Of a stretch of DNA of 42,550 nucleotides, positions 19,353 through 26,816 are shown in pieces. The notes under the pieces are model-generated. The model ran no database searches. It saw only the letters and a list, made by a program, of their open reading frames with translations, and was not told the DNA's origin. Source of the stretch: a virus (taxonomy: Duplodnaviria; Caudoviricetes); IMG/VR virus record IMGVR_UViG_3300024232_000025, positions 1 to 42,550 of that record; one strand, given 5' to 3'. The stretch's first letter is position 1. Every line of letters begins with the position of its first letter. A program made the translations under genes and the position numbers.

Positions 19353-19602
19353 CCCTTTGGCGGTAGACCTTGGACTACTTCATAAGTCTGGGGTCGTATG
19401 AGCTAAGCAGTGCGTACGACTGCTCTTATACGCTTAAACTACCTAGCCCTAGTAGCAGAGAGATAGACTAACTCGCTTTAACCTTCGGCGATATGCGTAA
19501 CCAATGTGAGTCTTGATGGCCACTGGACACAGCTAAGCCAACTACGCGACGTTAAGACTACCTGATCTAAATCTAAGGTCTACCACCTGGGGGAGTAAAC
19601 AT

Positions 19603-19710
19603 ATGACGCCAGTCGATTCGATCGCCGCTTTTGCTGTACTCATGGCAGTCTACTGCATTGGACGTGCCATACGGGTGGCCTTTCCACCTAAGACAAAGAT
19701 GTACCGCTGA
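19603..19710 (+). CDS. small hydrophobic peptide (35 aa, not in ORF track)
   Basis: GGGGAG RBS. Translation MTPVDSIAAFAVLMAVYCIGRAIRVAFPPKTKMYR. Confidence 0.5.
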   Translation: MTPVDSIAAFAVLMAVYCIGRAIRVAFPPKTKMYR

Positions 19711-19785
19711 GTACCTCAGGTGCTATCGCTCAGTGACAGAGTGATAGCTCTTGTCTATTCAGAGAGTAGACCAACAGGAGAGAAT

Positions 19786-20175
19786 ATGGAACATATGCAA
19801 CGGGCACTGGTACACTCCAGCGCCGATAACACAGAGAACAATGAGCGATTAGAGTATCTGGGGGATTCAGTCCTTCAGCTAATTGCCTCAGAGTATCTCT
19901 TTAACCTGATGGCTAGATCTACTGAAGGTCAGCTATCCCAGGCTAGGGCGCGGTACGTATGCCGCGCCAATCTTGTAGCCGTGGCTCAACGTACGCAGCT
20001 CGGACTGAGATTGGTACTCGGTAGATCAGAGTTAATGGATGGAGGGCGCAATAAGCCCAACATCCTAGCAGATGCAGTAGAGGCGCAGATTGGAGCCATG
20101 TATCTCACGTACGGGATGCAGACTACAAGACAGTGGGTAGTGGATAACATCATGGCTCGGCCAACAGTTAGCTAG
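19786..20175 (+). CDS. rnc: ribonuclease III, nuclease domain only (no dsRBD)
   Basis: Signature NERLEYLGDSVL and second acidic motif LADAVEAQIGA. CAGGAG RBS before ATG 19786. 129 aa, ending before any dsRBD. Confidence 0.93.
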   Translation: MEHMQRALVHSSADNTENNERLEYLGDSVLQLIASEYLFNLMARSTEGQLSQARARYVCRANLVAVAQRTQLGLRLVLGRSELMDGGRNKPNILADAVEAQIGAMYLTYGMQTTRQWVVDNIMARPTVS

Positions 20176-20203
20176 CCGTAATTATTACAGTTTGGAGGAT
20201 TCA

Positions 20204-20464
20204 ATGCAGGACTATAACAAGAAAACATATGTGGACTTTGGCCAGCACGTGACTATGGAGATTGGCTGGAGTGAAGCGGCCATGCACTTGCAGATTGCAG
20301 GCAAGGTGCTGGAAGTTGAGCTAAGACTTACAGCCCCTGACAAGTCTGTATGTGTGGCTCAGGTCTACAAAGACGGCGCAGAGTACAGCTTCCCAATCAC
20401 CCCAGGAGAGGCTGGATTCTACTGGGATTCTGACGGGTATTACTACTACCCGCCGAAAGAGTAA
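20204..20464 (+). CDS. hypothetical early protein
   Basis: GGAGG RBS before ATG 20204. Confidence 0.75.
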   Translation: MQDYNKKTYVDFGQHVTMEIGWSEAAMHLQIAGKVLEVELRLTAPDKSVCVAQVYKDGAEYSFPITPGEAGFYWDSDGYYYYPPKE

Positions 20465-20518
20465 CCTACTAGGCTAGGCTTGACAGTATTGTGAGTCTAG
20501 CCAATGGAGGATAACTTA

Positions 20519-20887
20519 ATGAAAGCATCATTCGACCCAGAGTATGCGTATCATCTGGGTTACCATGACGGACTAGAAGACGGCCACAAAGACCCCAAGA
20601 GGGACTTTGACAGGGCTAAGACAGACCCACGCACTGTAGCCTATTTCGCAGGGCTCAAGGCTGGTGTGGCTCAGGCGCAGAAGGAGGGCTTAGATATGCG
20701 CTGTTTAGTGCGCTGGGATAAGCCTGGATTCGATACTCCTCAGTGTGAGAGTAAGTCTCACTATCTGGCTTTCGCTTACGGCCACGTTATACCGCTGTGC
20801 ATCAGACACGCTTTCAAGATATTCCTTGACATCGAGGGCAAACCTGATGCCAATCAGTGGACAATAATTCCCAAAGACTGGGTGTAA
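20519..20887 (+). CDS. hypothetical early protein
   Basis: GGAGG RBS at 20506-20510, ATG at 20519. Confidence 0.75.
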   Translation: MKASFDPEYAYHLGYHDGLEDGHKDPKRDFDRAKTDPRTVAYFAGLKAGVAQAQKEGLDMRCLVRWDKPGFDTPQCESKSHYLAFAYGHVIPLCIRHAFKIFLDIEGKPDANQWTIIPKDWV

Positions 20888-20935
20888 GTAACCCGCTAGG
20901 CTGTGCTCACGAGTACAGCCGATGAGGTGCTGCTT

Positions 20936-21175
20936 ATGACAGTGATTTACGACGATCTACTAGCTTGTCAGGACTGTGTGACAGCCATCGCCAATGATGA
21001 CTATTCAGGCATGGATGACAGACAAGAGGCCAAGACTCGTAGGGGCATAGAGTCCTGGAGTAAGAAGGGTTATTTGGTTGTGGGTGATGAGGTAGGCTTC
21101 ACCCGTGATGGCTGCGACATCTGCGACGATAACCTAGCAGGTGACAAGCACACGGTAAGCCTGTTAGGCGAGTAA
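20936..21175 (+). CDS. hypothetical early protein (CxxC...CxxC)
   Basis: GAGGT RBS, ATG at 20936. CQDC and CDIC motifs. Confidence 0.7.
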   Translation: MTVIYDDLLACQDCVTAIANDDYSGMDDRQEAKTRRGIESWSKKGYLVVGDEVGFTRDGCDICDDNLAGDKHTVSLLGE

Positions 21176-21222
21176 CTCGCTTGCTAGCCGTAATTATTAC
21201 GGTCTAGCACTGAGAGGTGCTT

Positions 21223-21456
21223 ATGAGTTTTGATTTAACTGCCGCTGTGTATGTGTTCTGTAGCAACCACCACAGCGGGCAGTGGTCTCGGGGTTACAGA
21301 ATCATGAGCCGAATAGCTAAGCGAGGGCTAAGGCTCACAGATAACGCCTGGGAAGCTATACAGTACGGCACGGGCAGGGGTAAGGCAGAGTGGGAGTTAG
21401 CCCACATTTATTACCTGAATCTGGAGGGGATGACTCGATGGAGAGAGCATCTCTAA
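21223..21456 (+). CDS. hypothetical early protein
   Basis: GAGGT RBS, ATG at 21223. HHSGQWSRGY motif. Confidence 0.7.
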   Translation: MSFDLTAAVYVFCSNHHSGQWSRGYRIMSRIAKRGLRLTDNAWEAIQYGTGRGKAEWELAHIYYLNLEGMTRWREHL

Positions 21457-21511
21457 TCATCAGGCTACGCCCATGCGGTGTGGCCGAATGAGGTGGAGGG
21501 CCTATCCGAGG

Positions 21512-21616
21512 ATGAGCAGACAACACCCGTACACTCCAACATGCAGATGCCAGCGCTGTAAGGCGGTAAAGCGTATGGTAGAGAATCTACCGCTGAAGAA
21601 AGGGGGTAAGGCATGA
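21512..21616 (+). CDS. small Cys-rich peptide (34 aa, not in ORF track)
   Basis: Translation MSRQHPYTPTCRCQRCKAVKRMVENLPLKKGGKA. Stop overlaps the next start (ATGA). Confidence 0.45.
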   Translation: MSRQHPYTPTCRCQRCKAVKRMVENLPLKKGGKA

Positions 21617-21762
21617 GTGACGCTATGTTGCTGGGGCTAACAGTCGCCATGGTCATAACCGTGACGGTGATAGTCGCCAATGAATGTATCAAGGGCCTAC
21701 AGCGCTGGAATCGGCGGCGCAAGGCTAACGGCCTGATCCGTATGATTGACTGGCCGAGGTAA
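21613..21762 (+). CDS. small membrane peptide (49 aa, not in ORF track)
   Basis: Translation MSDAMLLGLTVAMVITVTVIVANECIKGLQRWNRRRKANGLIRMIDWPR. Its TAA begins one of the intergenic hairpin elements. Confidence 0.55.
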   Translation: MSDAMLLGLTVAMVITVTVIVANECIKGLQRWNRRRKANGLIRMIDWPR

Positions 21763-21806
21763 TCCGCTAGGTCTAGCCGTGAGGTTAGACCAATGAGGTA
21801 CTGCCT

Positions 21807-22001
21807 ATGAACTTGAAGAAGTTAGATGTACATATCGAGATAAATGCGGACACTCTAGAGAGGGCTGTACGCACTGGCCATCCCAGGCTGCTTACCAACG
21901 TCCTCAAGGGCACGGCCAAGGGAGTTATGCAGGGGCTGGAGATAGGCAAGATAACCCTTAGCCCGTGGGAGGGTTATACAGACTATGTGCCTGATGAGTA
22001 A
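21807..22001 (+). CDS. hypothetical early protein
   Basis: GAGGT RBS. Flanked on both sides by hairpin elements. Confidence 0.7.
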   Translation: MNLKKLDVHIEINADTLERAVRTGHPRLLTNVLKGTAKGVMQGLEIGKITLSPWEGYTDYVPDE

Positions 22002-22048
22002 TCTACTAGGCGTAGCTGTGAAGTTACGCCAATGGAGGTAACAAACGA

Positions 22049-22303
22049 ATGGCAACACCTACGCTGAAAGAGATGCAAGCTGAGATGGAACGTCTCAAGG
22101 CTGAGAATGACAGGTTGAAGAAAGCGGGTGACCGCAAGCTATCGCTGAAGGTAAGCGAGAAAGGCGCACTTTCGCTATACGGTCTGGGTAGGTTCCCGGT
22201 AACGCTGTATCACGAGCAGTGGACCAAGCTGCTGGAACTGGGGCCGCAGATTAAGGACTACATCGAGGAGAACAAGGGGGCTCTGAAGTCCAAGGGCGAG
22301 TAA
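22049..22303 (+). CDS. conserved phage hypothetical protein
   Basis: N-terminal coiled coil plus LKVSEKGALSLYGLGRFPVTLY.EQW, a motif I recognise from phage hypotheticals. GGAGGT RBS. Confidence 0.75.
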   Translation: MATPTLKEMQAEMERLKAENDRLKKAGDRKLSLKVSEKGALSLYGLGRFPVTLYHEQWTKLLELGPQIKDYIEENKGALKSKGE

Positions 22304-22346
22304 CCTACTAGGGTGTGCTCGTGAGGTACACCCGATGGAGGTAACT

Positions 22347-22598
22347 ATGCCGAGTGAGAGTTTAGAAGATCAGTTAAGAAAGTCACTCAAGCCTGTGCTG
22401 GACAAGCTGCGTAAGCACAGGGACAGTGAGATGAAGAAGTGCCGGGATCTCAGGATCAGGGCGCAGCAGCATCATACCAATGCCACCGAAGCGGACAGGC
22501 GTATACGCGAGACTGAGAGGGCTATGGGGATTAAGACATGGACTCAGCGAAAGATGGCAGAGTTGGAGGAGCGGAGCGACGTAACCCCGAAGGGGTGA
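22347..22598 (+). CDS. hypothetical basic coiled-coil protein
   Basis: GGAGGT RBS, ATG at 22347. Confidence 0.7.
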   Translation: MPSESLEDQLRKSLKPVLDKLRKHRDSEMKKCRDLRIRAQQHHTNATEADRRIRETERAMGIKTWTQRKMAELEERSDVTPKG

Positions 22599-22683
22599 CG
22601 GAGCGGGTACCAGAGTTACAGGCTAGAGGGCGCTGAGAAGTGGCCCTCAATGACTGTAATTATTACGGTCGAAAAGGAGAAGT

Positions 22684-23874
22684 ATGAACAGACAAAAGAC
22701 GGCGCGAAAGACAAACCTCGCGACGGCAAGCAGAGAATGGGCTACACGCCCAGCAGATCAGCGCTTCTGGACCCTCCAAGATTTACTGGAGAAGGCCAAG
22801 AAGTACGCGGAAGAGAGCTACACCCACTCGGTGAAGCTGTCAGATTGCGAGGTAATCCCCAATGGTGAGGATCTCGTGATTGACATCGGAGCCAGTGATC
22901 CGGCTACCTTCCAAAACTACAGCTTTGGTCAAGTCTGCAATATCGCCAAGGCCCCTGCTGGGTATCTCCGAGAATTGCCCGCTGACCTAGCCGCTCAGAA
23001 CCTGAATCACGGTTTACAGCAGTTGGAGGAAGGTGAGCAAATGCTGATGCTCCACAAAAACGGCGATCATGTCCTCAGGTGTGTCACGGGTAATGAGTAC
23101 GGGCGCATCTGGAACTACCAAATCGCTGAGATGGCATTGGCTCTGGAGGAGAGCGAGGGCTGGAAGGTTCCACCAGCACGGCCCTGTGGGGTTGCTGGAG
23201 TTCCCGAACGTCGCGCCACTGAGGCCGATGTGCTGAAGCGGGCAAGCCATCCCACTCTGGGCATCCATGTGGGTGATCTGATCTCGCCTGCTGGCCTGTA
23301 TTGCTCAGACCATGACTCGTTCATCTTTCAGATCAACGAGGACAATCCAATCGACGCTGGTAACGGTGAGATTCTCTACCGTGGCGTGATCTGGAAGAAC
23401 AGCGAGGTTGGGGATGCACGCTTCACCGGGACCATGTTCCTGTTTGACAGCGTGTGCGGCAACCATATCATCTGGGGGGCTCGTATCTGTGCGGAGATCA
23501 CCATCATCCATCGCAAGAATGCCCCGCTGGAGTTCCTGCCCGCTATGGCTCAGGCCACTAATCTGGTACTGGCCCCCGCAAGCGAGGACGAGGACCGCAT
23601 CAAAGCGGCCAAGATGTTCGAGCTAGGTTCAGGCCGTGAGGAAGTGGTCAAGACGGTATTCACCAAGTTCACCGGACAGTTGAGCCGAGTGGACGCCAAT
23701 AATGCCTATACGCTGGCCGAACGCCACGCGGAAGAACACGGGACAGAACCTAACACAGCCTGGGGTTATGCGGCTGGGTTGACGCGGCTGTCTCAGGGCC
23801 TGTTTGCGGACAAGCGAGACGCTATGGACCGCATTGGAGGCCGTATCTTGGAAATGGCTAAGGTTCGCTCCTAG
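22684..23874 (+). CDS. DUF932-like protein
   Basis: 396 aa with WKNSEVG...VCGNHIIWG...H and NTAWGYAAGLT motifs typical of DUF932-type phage/plasmid proteins. AAGGAG RBS. Confidence 0.7.
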   Translation: MNRQKTARKTNLATASREWATRPADQRFWTLQDLLEKAKKYAEESYTHSVKLSDCEVIPNGEDLVIDIGASDPATFQNYSFGQVCNIAKAPAGYLRELPADLAAQNLNHGLQQLEEGEQMLMLHKNGDHVLRCVTGNEYGRIWNYQIAEMALALEESEGWKVPPARPCGVAGVPERRATEADVLKRASHPTLGIHVGDLISPAGLYCSDHDSFIFQINEDNPIDAGNGEILYRGVIWKNSEVGDARFTGTMFLFDSVCGNHIIWGARICAEITIIHRKNAPLEFLPAMAQATNLVLAPASEDEDRIKAAKMFELGSGREEVVKTVFTKFTGQLSRVDANNAYTLAERHAEEHGTEPNTAWGYAAGLTRLSQGLFADKRDAMDRIGGRILEMAKVRS

Positions 23875-23929
23875 TCACTCCAACAGGGGATGCCTCAAGA
23901 TGTCCAGGTATCCCCGATTGGAGGTGCTA

Positions 23930-24109
23930 ATGTTCAAAGCGGTCATAGGGCTATACGCGGGGGCTTTTATGTTGCTCCTAGCCCCCTATGTGCTCACTGA
24001 CCTATTCCGCAACCGAGTGGTGAGGTTGATATTCTTATTGGCTGTGCTGGTAAGTCTGCTGATCTCTACCACTCTAACCGTAATAATTACAGGGAGGACA
24101 AAGAAATGA
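23930..24109 (+). CDS. small two-helix membrane protein
   Basis: GGAGGT RBS, ATG at 23930. Two hydrophobic segments. Confidence 0.6.
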   Translation: MFKAVIGLYAGAFMLLLAPYVLTDLFRNRVVRLIFLLAVLVSLLISTTLTVIITGRTKK

Positions 24110-24300
24110 AGTGCAGATGTGGGCATGGTCCTGACGACCATATTGAGGATGATGACTACTCGTGTTGTGTGGGGGCTGTAGTGGATAGCACAGTGCTGCC
24201 CTCTCTGCATGTAGGTGGGGCATCTCCAGGGTATACAACCTACGAGCCCTGCCCCTGCAAAGCTTACAAACCTGAACAAATCCCGCAAAGAGTCAACTAG
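24106..24300 (+). CDS. small Cys/His-rich protein
   Basis: CRCGH...CPCKAY motif. GGGAGG RBS. Confidence 0.6.
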   Translation: MKCRCGHGPDDHIEDDDYSCCVGAVVDSTVLPSLHVGGASPGYTTYEPCPCKAYKPEQIPQRVN

Positions 24301-24359
24301 GTAGGCTTCGGGCCAACCGTAATTATTACGGTGCGGCCCCGTGGCACACTCTAAATACA

Positions 24360-24707
24360 CTATGCCTTAAGTGGCTTGGCCTTAAAGTGGTGTCTTTTGT
24401 GGCAAGTAAAGCAGGTGACCCAAAGATCCTGATCTAGTTCATGTCCAAGGCGGACATATGTCTTGTGGTGGACTTGGTATACTCTTGCTGTGGTAGTGGC
24501 GCATGACTGGCATTTTCTGCCACGTTCCGCAATGATTCGGGCTGACAGGGCTCGCCATTCGGGTGAATTGAGATAGGCGTAGTATTCTGCCCAGGTCCAG
24601 GGTTTCTGATAGGTGGGGGTTGTCTTAGCTCCCGCATCATCAGATTTGTTAGGCCGTCTGCCACTAGCATAGATCAAGGAAAGCTTGCGGATTTCGTCTA
24701 TCGTCAT
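24360..24707 (-). CDS. HNH endonuclease
   Basis: YLNSPEW...KCQSC...VHHKTY.RLGHE...DL..TC..CH pattern. Confidence 0.85.
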   Translation of the reverse strand: MTIDEIRKLSLIYASGRRPNKSDDAGAKTTPTYQKPWTWAEYYAYLNSPEWRALSARIIAERGRKCQSCATTTARVYQVHHKTYVRLGHELDQDLWVTCFTCHKRHHFKAKPLKA

Positions 24708-24760
24708 TACACTTCGCCTTAAGTGGATGGGTTAGCAGGGGCATTCTGCCCTCTGCTTTG

Positions 24761-24790
24761 ATTGTACCAATTGATACCACTGTCTGTCAA
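24761..24790 (-). promoter_or_regulatory. sigma70-type promoter for the HNH gene
   Basis: Minus strand: TTGACA (24790-24785), 18-bp spacer, TACAAT (24766-24761). Confidence 0.6.
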
Positions 24791-24808
24791 GTATTGTCTA
24801 GGAGGAAT

Positions 24809-24946
24809 ATGCTTAATTTACAAATCTTTACAAAGGGTCTGTCAGGGCTCTGGTGTCGCTGGTTCCATCGAGGTAGCATCTCATGGCCAGTGCAGGGGCA
24901 GTATAGGTGCTGGAAGTGCCTGCGTGAGTATCCCACCAAGTTCTGA
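24809..24946 (+). CDS. small Cys/His protein (45 aa)
   Basis: AGGAGG RBS, ATG at 24809. WCRWFH...WPVQGQYRCWKCLREYP. Confidence 0.6.
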   Translation: MLNLQIFTKGLSGLWCRWFHRGSISWPVQGQYRCWKCLREYPTKF

Positions 24947-25023
24947 TCAAGTTTGACTCATAGGCACAGGCGTAATAATTACACTTTTTTGCTAAAGTGT
25001 TGATAACGCTCTGTCGATTTCTG

Positions 25024-25052
25024 TTGACTCCGGGTCACCATGCGGCTAGACT
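25024..25052 (+). promoter_or_regulatory. sigma70-type promoter upstream of the ParB-domain gene
   Basis: TTGACT, 17-bp spacer, TAGACT. Confidence 0.55.
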
Positions 25053-25100
25053 GGGGTTAACGGCAACAAACTAGCCGATACGAAAGAGAGAAAAAAGACG

Positions 25101-26390
25101 ATGAACACTCAAATTATCAATCTTACGCCCGCTGACATTCTGGCGAATAGCAATATCCGTTTCGGTCTGAAAAAGGTCCGTGTAACGGGTCTGGCCGAGG
25201 AGATCAAGTCCTTGGGCTACGTTCACACCAATCTCACGGTGGAACCGTTGGCCGAGGCTGGACCGAACGGTGAGTCCTATTTGCTAGTGGATGGCCACTA
25301 CCGCCGCGCATCGGTGGAACTGCTGGCCAAGTCGGGACTGGCAATCGAGTTGCCCTGTGAAGTTGTGGAGATGGGCACGGCTAACGCTCGTGTCGCGCAT
25401 CAGATCTCCAAGAACTACAGCAACGAGCAGATGTCACCCATGGATATGGCGGTAGCCATTGACCGCTTGCTCAACCCCCCCGAGGGTGAGGAGCCCATGA
25501 AGAAAGTGGAGATCTGCGCCCTGTTCCCCAGGTCCGGCGGTCGCAAGGGTATTGCCACTACCCAGCCCTTGAGCAACTCCATGCTCAACATCTACGTGTC
25601 TTTCCTCAAGTTCCCGAAAGACATCAAGACCCTGATTCACGAGGGGCGTATCGGCGTGGCGGACGCCTACAGGCTCACCAAGAAGGACAAGAGCGAGTGG
25701 CCCGCTCTGACCAAGAAGGCTGAAGAGGCCCTCGAAGCTTCGGCGGGTGAACTGGAGAAGCTGGAGGAGCAAGTCCAGGCCGAACAGAAGAAGGCCGAGG
25801 AAGCCGAAGTCAAGGCCAAGCAGGACGCTGAGGCTCTCACCAATGCTCAGAAGGTCCTGGAAGCTGCCAAGGCCGAGCGTGACGCCAAGGTCAATGCCGC
25901 TGCCGAAGCCTTCAAGGCCAAGGCTGCTGTACCCGCTACCGACAAGGACAAGCTCAAGGTCGCCGTGGAGCACTTCAAGGCGGCTGAAGCCGAGGCCACT
26001 GCTGCCGACAAGGCCGCAACTCAGGCTAAGAAGGACGCGGACAAGCTCCAACAGGCCGTGGAGCGCAATCAGAAGCTTGCAGCCGAGCGCAAGGCCAAGC
26101 TGGAACAGGCCCGCAAGGATCAAGCGGCCAAGACCAACGGTAAGCTTGCCGTGGGCAAGGCCATCGAATCCGCCGAGAACAACGGCAAGGTACCGCTGAA
26201 GGGACCGCAGATTGTCGCTCTCCTCAATCAGTTGGCCCTGCCGGGATTCCCCAAGGTCCAGAAGATCTTCATGGCCGTGCAGCGTTGCATTGCCAGTGAT
26301 ATCACCGATGCCCAGTTGACTGCTGAACTGGCCTACATCACCGGGGAGCGCAAGGAACGCCCGAAGCACATGCCGAAGGAAACGAAGTAG
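25101..26390 (+). CDS. ParB/Srx-domain protein with long Ala/Lys/Glu coiled coil
   Basis: NIRF...LAEEIKSLG...YLLVDGHYRRAS...N.SNEQMSPMDMAVAI matches the ParB N-terminal domain. An HTH-like segment follows, then about 170 aa of coiled coil. Confidence 0.8.
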   Translation: MNTQIINLTPADILANSNIRFGLKKVRVTGLAEEIKSLGYVHTNLTVEPLAEAGPNGESYLLVDGHYRRASVELLAKSGLAIELPCEVVEMGTANARVAHQISKNYSNEQMSPMDMAVAIDRLLNPPEGEEPMKKVEICALFPRSGGRKGIATTQPLSNSMLNIYVSFLKFPKDIKTLIHEGRIGVADAYRLTKKDKSEWPALTKKAEEALEASAGELEKLEEQVQAEQKKAEEAEVKAKQDAEALTNAQKVLEAAKAERDAKVNAAAEAFKAKAAVPATDKDKLKVAVEHFKAAEAEATAADKAATQAKKDADKLQQAVERNQKLAAERKAKLEQARKDQAAKTNGKLAVGKAIESAENNGKVPLKGPQIVALLNQLALPGFPKVQKIFMAVQRCIASDITDAQLTAELAYITGERKERPKHMPKETK

Positions 26391-26705
26391 GTTCGCCACT
26401 AGGGAGCGCTCTACGGAGTGCCTCCCGCTGGGGCTAGCCGTATGGTAGCTGGACTACCTTCCCGTTCTGGCTGAGTATACGCTGGCTGGGGGTGACCGTA
26501 CCGTGTGTGCGGCTTGCGGTGATGCCCATGTGTAGCCGCGTGCACTAACGGGGCCTACAGGGGGTAGCTTCGGTTGCTCCCTTGTACGATACTCTAGACT
26601 TTGGGCGAAGGATATACCACCTGTCGCTCATTTGCACTGGCGTCTCGTCAGTGGAGGGGCTGTAGGCTTCGATGGGAAATCACCACACGGTGAGCCACAG
26701 CCCCA
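26391..26705 (+). ncRNA. candidate structured RNA / structured 3' trailer
   Basis: ORF-free region with consecutive stems, e.g. 26556-26586 (UUCG loop), 26635-26653 and 26656-26704. Confidence 0.4.
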
Positions 26706-26745
26706 TTAAACTTCAAGTGTAATTATTACGGTTATCTTTAGGCAC

Positions 26746-26775
26746 AAAAAAGCGGAGGGCCGAAGCCCCCCGCTT
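26746..26775 (-). terminator. intrinsic terminator of the minus-strand operon
   Basis: Minus strand reads GCGGGGGGC-TTCG-GCCCTCCGC-TTTTTT. Confidence 0.8.
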
Positions 26776-26816
26776 GCAGTCAGTCAGCAGAGAATCAATC
26801 TGCTAACAGTATACCT

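Larger units (their letters stand above)
20462..26435 (+). repeat. family of intergenic stem-loops (stop-CC(T/C)(A/G)CTA-GG[stem-loop]CC-(A/G)ATG(G)AGG-start)
   Basis: Copies at about 20462-20510, 20889-20928, 21173-21218, 21454-21493, 21760-21799, 21999-22039, 22301-22342, 22614-22661, 23872-23925, 24308-24340 and 26388-26435. Confidence 0.85.

Noticed and set aside
20462-22342. Intergenic hairpins as integron attC sites or intrinsic terminators
   Set aside because: There are no consistent RYYYAAC/GTTRRRY ends, no integron integrase in the window, and no U-tracts. G-U pairs and tetraloops favour an RNA processing or translation role.
26656-26680. GGGGCTGTAGGCTTCGATGGG resembling a tmRNA/tRNA 5' end
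   Set aside because: It pairs locally with 26692-26704. No T-arm or CCA acceptor end is found.
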